A DNA stretch of 63,047 nt, the filler included, from Octopus bimaculoides (taxonomy: Eukaryota): the NCBI RefSeq assembly GCF_001194135.2. It is 6 parts of 5 records of this genome, joined end to end, with 100 filler letters (N's around TTAATTAATTAA, not from the genome) between each part and the next. Parts side by side here need not be neighbours in the genome. Positions count along the whole stretch, not along the records: positions 1 to 29,138 come from NC_068986.1; positions 29,239 to 36,306 come from NC_068989.1; positions 36,407 to 44,181 come from NC_068996.1; 3 more parts are not named here. One strand, written 5' to 3'. The notes below the pieces were generated by a model. The model saw only the letters and a list, made by a program, of their open reading frames with translations, searched no databases and was not told the DNA's origin. Shown here one piece after another: positions 27,308 through 38,228 of the stretch. The stretch's first letter is position 1, and each line of letters begins with the position of its first letter. A program made the position numbers and the translations under genes.

Positions 27308-27339
<32 letters not shown>

Positions 27340-27459
27340 TACATATATGCATACAAACATGCATACATACATGCACATTCACACACATACACACATATGC
27401 ACATATATATATGGGTGTGTAAACATGTGTGTATGTATATATTTTATATAGATATATAT

Positions 27460-27493
<34 letters not shown>

Positions 27494-27519
27494 CGCAGTA
27501 GGCAGCGCGTCAGTCTCAT

Positions 27520-27812
27520 AGATCGTTGCCAGTGCCCCTGGACTGGCTCTTGTGCGGGTGGCACATAAAAGACACCATTTTGAGCGTGGCCGTTGCCAGT
27601 ACCGCCTGACTGGCCTTCGTGCGGGTGACACGTAAAAGCACCCTCTACACTCTCTGAGTGGTTGGCGTTGGGAAGGGCATCCAGCTGTAGAAACTCTGCC
27701 AAATTAGATTGGAGCCTGGTGTTGCCATCCGGTTTCACCAGTCCTCAGTCAAATCGTCCAACCCATGCTAGCATGGAAAGCGGACGTTAAACGATGATGA
27801 TGATGATGATGA
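27520..27812 (+). mobile_element. RTE 3' tail (family D), young copy
   Basis: CpG-intact, two subrepeats, (GAT)n end. Confidence 0.9.
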
Positions 27813-28009
27813 CATATATACATACATGCACACACACAAGCAGAAGCAGCAGAGTGACCCAAGAGCCAAGCGTTTTGTGTGTGTGTGTTAGCTTTTATGA
27901 ACATTTTAGTTTGATGAGTGTTAACACACGAAAATCACAGCCCTTGAGTCACTTTTTGCTTCTGCTAAATATTAATAAAAATATATTGTCTGTAATATAT
28001 ATACTGTTG

Positions 28010-28340
28010 GCACATAAAAAGCACCCTTCAAACTTTGGGCCTCACAGGGGCAGTGACAAGTGATTGTGACCTTTGGCAATATGCTGGACTTCAGAAGACT
28101 TATCAAGCCAAGTGAGATCATAGTCATGGCTGATGCTGGTGTTTCATAACTGGCACGTAAAAAGCACCCACTACACACTTGGAGTGGTTGGTATTATGAA
28201 TGGCATCCAGCTGTAGAAACCATGCCAAATCAGATTGGAATATGGTGCAGCTCCCCGGCTTATCAGTTTTCAGTCAAACCGTCCAAACCATGCCAGCATG
28301 GAAAACGGACGTTAAATGATGATGATGATGATGATGAGGA
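28010..28340 (+). mobile_element. RTE-type 3' tail, diverged
   Basis: AAAAAGCACCCACTACAC...GGCATCCAGCTGTAGAAACC...ATGGAAAACGGACGTTAAATGATGATG. Confidence 0.7.
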
Positions 28341-28629
28341 TGTTTACACACATACATTTTCTGCTGGAATCTCTGTGGTGTACTGAAACGACCACACTCT
28401 ACACACTTTACTTCCAAGCACTGCTACAGATAATGGAAGTGAGTGAGAATGATATAACTTATTGTGCATGTGTAACTGTGTTCAAGATCAGTCTGGACCA
28501 AGTAGCTTTACTCTGTGTGCTTTAGCTCCAATACCAGAGCAACAATCCTGATACCTTTTGATCAGACCTCATATATACTGTGTGTATATGTGTGTGTGCA
28601 TGTGTGTGTGTGTGTTTTTGTGTGTATAG

Positions 28630-28955
28630 TAATAGTGCTGGTGACACATAAAAAGCACCATTTGAGCATGGTCGATGCCGGTACCACCTGACTGGCCCCT
28701 GTACTGGTGGCACGAGGGCCAGTCATGCAGTACTTGCAACAGCCATGCTCAAAATGGTGTTTTTTACATGCCACTTGCACAGGAGCCAGTCCAGCAGCAC
28801 TGGCAACGACCTCGCTCAAATAATTTTCTAACGTGCCACCGGCACAAGTGCCAGTAAGGCGACGCTGGTAACGATTACACTCAAATGGTGCTATTTACGT
28901 GCCACTAGCATGGAAGCCAGACAGTTGCTCTGGCAATGATCATGCTCGGACGGTA
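28630..28955. mobile_element. Family D subrepeats joined in inverted orientation
   Basis: A sense unit (to about 28712) abuts several antisense units; arms GACTGGCCC/GGGCCAGTC at the junction. Confidence 0.65.
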
Positions 28956-29138
28956 CTGTGTATGCAATTTTTAAAATTTGAAAGAATTGCTATGATTATT
29001 ATTATTATTATTATTATTAATATTATTATTATTATTGTTGTTGTTGTTATTATTACATAAGGCAGTGAGCTGCCATAATCATTAGCTTGTCTGACAAAAT
29101 GTCAAGCAACAATTTCTTCTGGCTTGTGCCTAGAGTGG

Positions 29139-29238
29139 NNNNNNNNNNNNNNNNNNNNNNNNNNNNNNNNNNNNNNNNNNNNTTAATTAATTAANNNNNN
29201 NNNNNNNNNNNNNNNNNNNNNNNNNNNNNNNNNNNNNN
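29139..29238. other. Artificial scaffold linker (44 N + TTAATTAATTAA + 44 N)
   Basis: Exactly 100 bp; identical cassette at 36307, 44182, 49241 and 60436; TAA stops in all six frames. Confidence 0.95.
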
Positions 29239-29337
29239 TATATATATATATATATATATATACGTATATATATATACACACACACACATATATATGATCG
29301 TCATATAAATATATACATATATATCCCTTATATAACC

Positions 29338-29369
<32 letters not shown>

Positions 29370-29477
29370 TATATACGTATATGTTTATGTATATACATAC
29401 ACATACATTTATATACATACATATACGCATACATATATACATGCATAAATATAAGTGTACACACGCATTTATATATT

Positions 29478-29785
29478 TCGGTCCTCCATCAGTTTCGAGG
29501 ATGACTATTCACTCTTTCCATTAAATGACTGAACCAACCGTTAAATAAACGTGTGAAGTGGCTGACCATTCTACAGACAAAAGTCCCCCTTAACGGAATT
29601 CCTTTGGGGGTTTAGCATCACTCAGTGTGTGACACTTTTCAGAAAAGCTCTCGGGAAGCCCCAGTTCTACTCACAAGGAATGGGTCTACTCGAGGCTATG
29701 GTGAAAAAAAAAAAAAAAAAAAAGTACTCATCCAAGATCCCAGGCGTGGGATTCCGTAACTCGTAATGGAGAAGTGAACTCTGTG
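29478..29785 (-). mobile_element. Diverged SINE with family C-like tail
   Basis: Minus strand ...CGTTAAGGGGGAC...TGTCTGTAGAATGGTCAGCCACTTCACACGTTTATTT... resembles the family C tail. Confidence 0.5.
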
Positions 29786-29969
29786 TGTGCGTGTGCATCG
29801 GTGTGTGTGTGCTTGAGGTGAGTGTGTACATGTATATGTATTTATAGATATATACAATACAAGGGCAGGGAATCGTCAATTAGTAATAGAATTAATAATT
29901 AACAATTTTGCCAAGTAGTTCAGTATGGAAAAACCTTTATCGGTAAAACCATTTATCATCATAAATATA

Positions 29970-30279
29970 CAGGGATTAGCATTGAGTTGCTTCTCCAACA
30001 TACTGAAAATTTAGAAATAGCAGTCAAAGAACTACTGATTCTAAACTACAAATTTTTCTCTAAACGGATGGCGATATTTATGGCACACACCGCGAAACGT
30101 CGTATCCAATTAACTAAAGGCAGGTTTGTTTTTGCTTTTCCCTCCGGTTTTTTGTTCTATGTGTGCCATAAATATCGCCATCCGTTTAGAGAAAAATTTG
30201 TAGTTTAGAATCAGTAGTTCTTTGACTGCTATTTCTAAATTTTCAGTATGTTGGAGAAGCAACTCAATGCTAATCCCTG
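29970..30279. mobile_element. Foldback MITE with 120-bp perfect TIRs flanked by TA
   Basis: TA-CAGGGATTAGC...GCTAATCCCTG-TA; arms match base for base; 70-bp spacer. Confidence 0.75.
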
Positions 30280-30612
30280 TATATTTATTTATATATATAT
30301 ATGTAAATTTATATATATATACACACTCACACACACACACACACATACACACACAAGAACACAAATGGGATTTCAGATACTAAACCCCATTTGTATACGT
30401 TTTTATATGTACGCCATACCTAGAACCAACCCTGAGTTGGATTCCCTGTTTAAATCGGATTTGCTACTTACATATCTTCGGTATGCTGCAAACATATTGG
30501 ACCCCTTTGTGGTTATTGTGCGAACCTTACGTTATGGTACCTGACCATTTTTAGCGCCCTACGTGCTGCTGGGCTTAGATTTTAATGTCTCCTATAACTA
30601 ATCCTATAACTA

Positions 30613-30690
<78 letters not shown>
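30613..30690. repeat. (TATC)n microsatellite
   Basis: Direct reading. Confidence 0.95.
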
Positions 30691-30846
30691 TGCATACAAG
30701 ACATGCCTTTCCCCAAAAATATTTACTTTTAGCCTCGCTATTAAAAGAAATTCGACCGGACTAGTTTCTAGTATTCCTACAACTTCGTCAGGGAAAGAAT
30801 ACCTGTCTTTCATCGACGGAACGTTTAGTGGCTTGTAGCCCATCCT

Positions 30847-31025
30847 GCCAATACAGAAACTACGACTCAGGTGCAATTTGTATAACCGCGCATGCGCAGA
30901 CAATCTGGATCATTTTATTCAAGCGTGCTTCGTAGATCGTCGCCGGATGATTTGAAATGGAGAACCTTTTTAACCTTCTTCCAAATTATCCCAAAGCGCT
31001 CAGTAATACAACAGGAAATTTGCAT
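30847..31025. promoter_or_regulatory. Promoter-like motif cluster (CCAAT, NRF-1 palindrome, octamer)
   Basis: GCCAAT at 30847, CGCGCATGCGCA at 30887-30898 and ATTTGCAT at 31018-31025 in CpG-rich unique sequence. Motif match only. Confidence 0.3.
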
Positions 31026-31674
31026 GCGTAATTTACATACATATATGTATATATATATACACACATGTATGTGTGCATGTGTGCGCGTGTGTGTGTGTGT
31101 GTGTGTGTGCGTGTGTGTGTGTGCACATACACACATAATCTAGTTGAATGAGTGTATACTTCTCTGTGCTGTATATATGCAAATGAATGCATACTTGTGT
31201 GTATACGCATGGATACACAAAGATGCCCCATTACAGGTAGACATTAGCATACACACACACACATATATATAAATACACAGACGCACACATAAAAACAAAT
31301 TGAATCTGAACGTATATATATATCTATATATATGTATATGTATGTATATGTGTATATGTATGTATGTATATGTGTACATGTATGTATGTATATTTATATG
31401 AACTCACTTATACACGCATATATTTGAAAACAGACACGCATGTTACGCACGCACACACTCTCATACACACACTCACATGCACACACTCACGTATACGCAG
31501 TCTCCCTTTTACACATACGCATGCATTCTACGTGTATGCATCTATACACCTGCGTGCGTTTACGCTAATATAAACATACATTTGAATACATCCAGCCACA
31601 CACATACATTCAGACACACTTTTTAGGTGAATGCACGTATAATTGTGCGTGTGTGTGTGTGTGTGTATGTGTGC

Positions 31675-31719
<45 letters not shown>

Positions 31720-32522
31720 CGTGCGTGTGTGTGTGTGTGTGTCTATAGAGCAAATAGTGTATGTAGCTCACACAAAAGACGAAATTCATAGCAACAATAA
31801 CAAGTGCCTAAAGACAGCCAAACCAGCTGAGATGTTCCCAAGTTTCTGGTGAGGGTGTGGTGGGAGGGGAATACAGTGAGAAGAGGGAGGAGGACTTATG
31901 ATGGCGGAGGGATTGTTGTTAGTTAACAGAGAAGACGACTATGATGACGATGATGATGATGATGATGGCGATGGTGGAAGTAGCGGTGACGGTGGGTGTG
32001 AGAGGGAATAAGTGAAGGACGAAGTAGAAGTATGAAGAAGTATGAAGAGGAGGCGTGAAAGAAATAAAAGGATTGATGGTGGTGGTGGTGATGTTAGTAG
32101 TAGTAGCAGTAGTAGTAGGAAAGATGGAAGACCATAAAAAACACGAAAATCAATGCGTGCCAAGTGAAAATAAAACACACACACACACTTATACACTCCT
32201 CCACACACCCCCATACACACTCACATATACATACACATATACATACACATATACATACATACATATTGACAACATATAAAAAAAGAAGCATTAGACGATG
32301 AAAATAACAACAATAATAATAAAAAGAAACTAAAGCAATAATAATAACCGGAGAAGGGTTATTGATTGATCCAAATCAGGTTTTGTGGTCGTAAATAGGC
32401 GTAGAGTTGATTGACTGGACCCCAGCATATTACTGGTATGGCAGTATGAAGAACAACGCCAATGCTGAAAGAGTTTGCTTCATGAACAGCAACGGCGCCA
32501 CCGCCTACTACTCCTACTACTC

Positions 32523-32561
<39 letters not shown>

Positions 32562-32584
32562 ATAATAATAATAATAACAATCCT

Positions 32585-32790
32585 TATTTTGGCACAAGGC
32601 CAGCAAGTTCGGGGTGGGGGGATAAGTCGATTGCATCGACCCCAGTATTTGACTGGTACTTTATTTTATCGACCCCACGAAAAGATGAAAGGTAAAGTTG
32701 ATTTCGGCTGAATTTGAACTCAGGACGTAAAGAGCCTGAAGAAATGCTACTAAGCATTTTGTTCGACGCACAAAGGATTCTGTCAACTTG
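32585..32790 (-). mobile_element. SINE family B (a further diverged copy follows to about 33120)
   Basis: GCACAAGGCCAGCAAG...GATAAGTCGATT.CATCGACCCCAGT...GGTACTTTATTTTATCGACCCC...GAATTTGAACTCAG. Confidence 0.75.
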
Positions 32791-34376
32791 TTTCATTTTT
32801 TTTTTTTATAATCGTTTAAAATATTTTTGGCAGAGGACCAGCAGTTTTTTAGGGGAGGGATAAGTCCACACGATCGACCCAAGAACTTGATTGTTAGTTT
32901 ATTTAGAGACTCCCCCACCATCAGCAAAAGGGCTCTGCCGCTCTTCCATTTTAAAAAGAGCCTAAGCACAAGGGAATGGGGGAGGGGTGGTAGTTAATGA
33001 TATCGACAACAGCACTTTATTTCATCGATCTCGGACCGACGGAACGCAAAGTCGATCTCTGCCGGATTTGAACTCTGAACGAAATGAGTCGGGACAAATG
33101 CTACATGGTATTTTGATCGATGCTCGTCCAATGAATGAGATTAGAAAGAAATGCAACGAATGAACGAATTCTTGAACAAACAAGCGCATAAACGAATCAA
33201 TGAATGAAAACAGAACAAATTGTAGAAAACTAGGAATGAAAGAATAGAGTGAAGGAAAGAAAAGAAAGAAAAATTAAAAAAGAAGGAAGGAAGGATGAAT
33301 AATAGAGAAGGAATGGAAAATGAGAAGAAACATTAAAAGAAAAAGAAAAAAGAAGTATTTGGAAACTTGTGCAGCTGTTGTTAGTTTGTAGAAGTTGTTG
33401 TGAGTCAGTGGCGAGTTTCTGAGAATGTTTACAGAGTAAAGATTATCTTCAGCTCTTTTCTTTGTCATCGGGACTTCAGTGTTATTTCTCTGGTTTGGCG
33501 ACATCAACAACCCCCACATACATACATACATACATACATACATACATACATACATACATACATACAGGCAGGCAGACTGACAGACAGACAGACAGACATG
33601 CACCCTCCTCCGACAAAATCAAAAACTAAAAAAATCCATTACTGNNNNNNNNNNNNNNNNNNNNNNNNNNNNNNNNNNNNNNNNNNNNNNNNNNNNNNNN
33701 NNNNNNNNNNNNNNNNNNNNNNNNNNNNNNNNNNNNNNNNNNNNNNNNNNNNNNNNNNNNNNNNNNNNNNNNNNNNNNNNNNNNNNNNNNNNNNNNNNNN
33801 NNNNNNNNNNNNNNNNNNNNNNNNNNNNNNNNNNNNNNNNNNNNNNNNNNNNNNNNNNNNNNNNNNNNNNNNNNNNNNNNNNNNNNNNNNNNNNNNNNNN
33901 NNNNNNNNNNNNNNNNNNNNNNNNNNNNNNNNNNNNNNNNNNNNNNNNNNNNNNNNNNNNNNNNNNNNNNNNNNNNNNNNNNNNNNNNNNNNNNNNNNNN
34001 NNNNNNNNNNNNNNNNNNNNNNNNNNNNNNNNNNNNNNNNNNNNNNNNNNNNNNNNNNNNNNNNNNNNNNNNNNNNNNNNNNNNNNNNNNNNNNNNNNNN
34101 NNNNNNNNNNNNNNNNNNNNNNNNNNNNNNNNNNNNNNNNNNNNNNNNNNNNNNNNNNNNNNNNNNNNNNNNNNNNNNNNNNNNNNNNNNNNNNNNNNNN
34201 NNNNNNNNNNNNNNNNNNNNNNNNNNNNNNNNNNNNNNNNNNNNNNNNNNNNNNNNNNNNNNNNNNNNNNNNNNNNNNNNNNNNNNNNNNNNNNNNNNNN
34301 NNNNNNNNNNNNNNNNNNNNNNNNNNNNNNNNNNNNNNNNNNNNNNNNNNNNNNNNNNNNNNNNNNNNNNNNNNNN

Positions 34377-34672
34377 ATCTATCATGATAAATATATATAC
34401 ACAGACACATATATATAATATTTATATTATTATATATATATATAGGGGGGGATACACAAAAGAAAACAAAAGACGAGTACAGGTAGTGTAGACAACAAAC
34501 AGATGTATTAGTTTAACGCTCGGGAAGTGAAAAAGTCTTTAACGTTTCGAGCCTACGCTCTTCCACAGAAACAAGGAGAGAAAATAAAGAATGTGTAGTG
34601 GCTAGCGATCTATCATGATAAATATATATACACAGACACATATATATAATATTTATATTATTATATATATAT
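34377..34672 (-). repeat. Tandem ~231-bp unit with a degenerate hammerhead-like motif (Penelope pLTR-like)
   Basis: About 62 bp ATCTATCATGATAAATATATATACACAGACAC... repeats at 34377 and 34608. The unit contains minus-strand CTGTGGA-A-GAGC(gtag)GCTC-GAAACGTT. The array runs into an N gap. Confidence 0.55.
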
Positions 34673-34694
34673 ATTTGCATATGTATGTATGCGT

Positions 34695-35075
34695 AATTAC
34701 CTCCGCCAAGGAAGGAGGTTATGTTTCCATTGGCCTCGGTTTGTCCGTCTGTCTGTGTGCAAAATAACTCAAAAAGTTGTGAACGGTATTTGATGAAATT
34801 TGCAGTAAAAGTTGGTAATGACACAAGAAACAGATGATGACATTTTGGGAGGGATCCGGGAATTTTTATGGAATCTTGAAGGATTTTTCATTTGTTATAT
34901 TTACTTTGCATGAAGTATTACAATGGTACGTTCTTTGATTATCTCCCTTGAAACTACGTTCATCGTTTCCACATAACCTATGGTGGCGTTGCTGTTTCCG
35001 AAGTTTATTTTCGTTTCTCTATTAGTAATTTTACTCGCGCATCTGTCTTAAAATGAGCTGCTTGGTGGAGGTCTG
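34695..35075 (+). mobile_element. Helentron-associated (HINE/DINE-1-like) non-autonomous element
   Basis: 5' TTACCTCCGCCAAG.AAGGAGGTTATG short IR, GTCT repeats, AACTCAAAAAG...GATGAAATTT block, and 3' subterminal IR CTTGGTGGAGGT (35061-35072) pairing with ACCTCCGCCAAG. Confidence 0.6.
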
Positions 35076-35080
35076 CGGAG

Positions 35081-35390
35081 GATGACATGACAAGCCTTGA
35101 CTACTGGGTTCAACTCAAAAAGCTCAGGCTTTGCTCCCTCCACCGCCGCTGTGAGCTCTTTATCATCTGTATGATGTGGAAAATATTCCATCAACATTGC
35201 CCATCTTTAAAATTCGTCCGAGGCTTGGCCCCCGTGCCATCCGTCCACTACAGAAATGTTCGTGTCGTATCACAACACTATGACAGAACTATTTCACCTC
35301 AATTGGCCCTGCTCTCTTCAACATCGTGCCAGACACACATAAAGGAAGAAAGTGACTTCACGGCATTCAAATGATCTCTAGATGATTGCC
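35081..35390 (+). mobile_element. CR1/L2-group LINE ORF2 C-terminal fragment
   Basis: LDYWVQLKKLRLCSLHRRCELFIICMMWKI resembles the LDYWERLKKLKLYSLQRRRER motif. Confidence 0.75.
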
Positions 35391-35583
35391 CCCCCCCCCA
35401 GTCGGCCCTTATTGATTTTGATGCTCAACTAATGTTTTAAACTAATACTTTATATGGTTGTTTATTTGATATCTTCTTTTAACCATGTTTTTTCCTATTT
35501 GTTTTTGATAATTTGTAGATATTGTGTTATTGTTCTTGGGTTGATATATATTACAGTTCTTTGTATGTCTTTCTATTTTCTAG

Positions 35584-35777
35584 GTTTGACTGATGAAAGT
35601 GATCGGTACGGTTTGCCTCCCCTGGAAGGTCACTCTTTGTCGTGGAAAGACGAAAAAAAAGCACATCTTGGGCCAAACAACACAATGATAGCTAAAATCT
35701 GGATTCCCGAAGACCCCAGAGAAAGCAAACTTGGATCCGACTGTCCTAGTTTGCTGGATTCGACGTTAGATTTATGA
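35584..35777 (+). CDS. Candidate terminal coding exon of an unidentified gene (63 aa)
   Basis: Pyrimidine tract GTCTTTCTATTTTCTAG acceptor, then an open frame of normal complexity ([25 protein letters not shown]...DSTLDL*). No recognisable domain. Confidence 0.35.
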
Positions 35778-36306
35778 GTTTCTATCTCAAGCAGAAACAG
35801 AAGAATTATGAAGACGAAATGAAATATTTTACAAAATCACTCGGTGACATTTTTTCAAACGTGACAAACAACCGTCGGTTGGTTACAATAACAAAAAATA
35901 ACACAAAAGAAACCACAACAAGTGGGGAGTGGAGATCTTATAAAACTTATTTGTGTTGTTGTTGTCTATCATTATAGTTGTATTACTTGGAATGAATAGG
36001 GCAGCGGGGCCCTGTGTAGGATTCGAAACCGTTCCAGAAAACAACACAACAACGTGAGAAACATTTTGAGAGAAGACTTTTTAAAATATTGCTTTTACAG
36101 AAAAGCGAATCCATAACAAAGAGGATTGCAAGGAAGAAGAAAAGAAAAAAAGCAATCAAAGAAAAGATAGAGAAAAATATAAAGAATGAAATTATTTATT
36201 TTTATTTATTCTGTTTGAAAGAGAATTTAACAATTCGGAAATCACAGAACAGACTCGAAGATTTATTAATTTATGTATTCTTTCATATAAACAATCATAT
36301 ATATAT

Positions 36307-36406
36307 NNNNNNNNNNNNNNNNNNNNNNNNNNNNNNNNNNNNNNNNNNNNTTAATTAATTAANNNNNNNNNNNNNNNNNNNNNNNNNNNNNNNNNNNNNN
36401 NNNNNN
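36307..36406. other. Artificial scaffold linker
   Basis: 44 N + TTAATTAATTAA + 44 N. Confidence 0.95.
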
Positions 36407-36434
36407 TGGTGGTGGTGGTGGTGGTGGTGGTGGT

Positions 36435-36906
36435 GGACCTCCTGGTCCAGTTTCTTCCCTACCTCTGCCTCCCAGCCTGGCTCCTTTCCCTGCTCCCACC
36501 CACGCTGTCGCACCTGCCTTTACCGCTCCAACACTACCATCCTTACTGGCATCAGCCTTATTGCCACCATCCTTACTGGCACCATCCTTACTGCCACCAT
36601 CCTTACTGGCGCCGACTCCTTTACCTGCACTACTAGTAATGTTATTTACTGCATCTCCTACTCTCTCTCTCTGTTCTTCCCTGTATATTGGTCAAACGGG
36701 GCGTCGCTTGGCTGACCGGTTCGCAGAGCACCTCCGAGACATCAGAATCGGTAATGACACCCTGGTCTCGCTCTACTGGTCATTCGCTACAAATCTGTCA
36801 GTGTTCGGGCCACCTGGACTCCCGACTTTGCCGTGAACAGGAATTAATCTTCTCTTTTCGTTCTTTTGCGTCACATAGGCTCAAATCACTACCTCTCTAC
36901 ATCTGA
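36435..36906 (+). mobile_element. Penelope-like element, GIY-YIG endonuclease region
   Basis: SQPGSFPCSHPRCRTC...DSFTCTTSNVIYCIS / CSSLYIGQTGRRLADRFAEHLRDIR / CREQELIFSFRSF; frameshifted. Confidence 0.9.
36536..36610 (+). repeat. 15-bp minisatellite x5 (ACCATCCTTACTGGC)
   Basis: Five adjacent units inside the Penelope coding region. Confidence 0.9.
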
Positions 36907-37940
36907 CACCAACCCCACACGGATTCCCAAGCACCTCTCACATCCAACTGCCTCCCCTTCACCTACACACCGGCATACCACCTACCGCGGTACTCTCACC
37001 ACAAACACACCATGCAAACACTCATACACACTGTTCAACTCATTACTCACTTCACACATCATTACACATACACACACAAACAACTTACCACTACACACAC
37101 ACACACACACACACACACTAACACCGAACACTTCTCAGCACACACACTACACCCCACATTGTCCACACACCCACACAAATCTTCAATAGCGTTACCACAC
37201 ATACCACTATACGAGTATCCACACACACTGTCTAACTTAGTACACACACCACACACCATCATGCACACTCCCACACCAACACAACACTCATAAACACATG
37301 CAACACGCATAGACAAAGATAATTTTCACCCACAGACATACACTATATACATGCACACGATTTAGTCACAGACACACACACACATGTGCACACATGTGCA
37401 CATATCAATTGCTACACACAACACACACATGCAGGCACGCACACACACACACACACACACACATACACACACGCACGCACACACGTACACACATGCACGC
37501 ACTTACACGTTAGAATCACTCGCCCTCATTCTCACACTCACATTAGACTCACTCGTCCCCATTCACGCATACNNNNNNNNNNNNNNNNNNNNNNNNNNNN
37601 NNNNNNNNNNNNNNNNNNNNNNNNNNNNNNNNNNNNNNNNNNNNNNNNNNNNNNNNNNNNNNNNNNNNNNNNNNNNNNNNNNNNNNNNNNNNNNNNNNNN
37701 NNNNNNNNNNNNNNNNNNNNNNNNNNNNNNNNNNNNNNNNNNNNNNNNNNNNNNNNNNNNNNNNNNNNNNNNNNNNNNNNNNNNNNNNNNNNNNNNNNNN
37801 NNNNNNNNNNNNNNNNNNNNNNNNNNNNNNNNNNNNNNNNNNNNNNNNNNNNNNNNNNNNNNNNNNNNNNNNNNNNNNNNNNNNNNNNNNNNNNNNNNNN
37901 NNNNNNNNNNNNNNNNNNNNNNNNNNNNNNNNNNNNNNNN

Positions 37941-38110
37941 TAGAGATTAAGTCGATTACATCGACCCCAGTGCGTAACTGGTACTTAATTTATCCACCCC
38001 GAAAGGATGAAAGGTAAAGTCGACCTCGGCGGAATTTGAACTCAGAACGTAAAGACAGACGAAATACCTCTAAGCATTTCGCCCGGTGTGCTAACGTTTC
38101 TGCCAGCTCT
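37941..38110 (-). mobile_element. SINE family B
   Basis: Reverse complement of head and core, CpG-intact. Confidence 0.85.
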
Positions 38111-38137
38111 CCGTCTTTTGTTTTCTGTAAAGTTGAA

Positions 38138-38178
<41 letters not shown>

Positions 38179-38197
38179 CATACACACATACATACAT

Positions 38198-38228
<31 letters not shown>

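Noticed and set aside
36409-36636. His-Pro-Tyr-Trp repeat ORF (HPYWHHPYC) as a structural protein
   Set aside because: An alternative frame of the 15-bp minisatellite inside a Penelope element.
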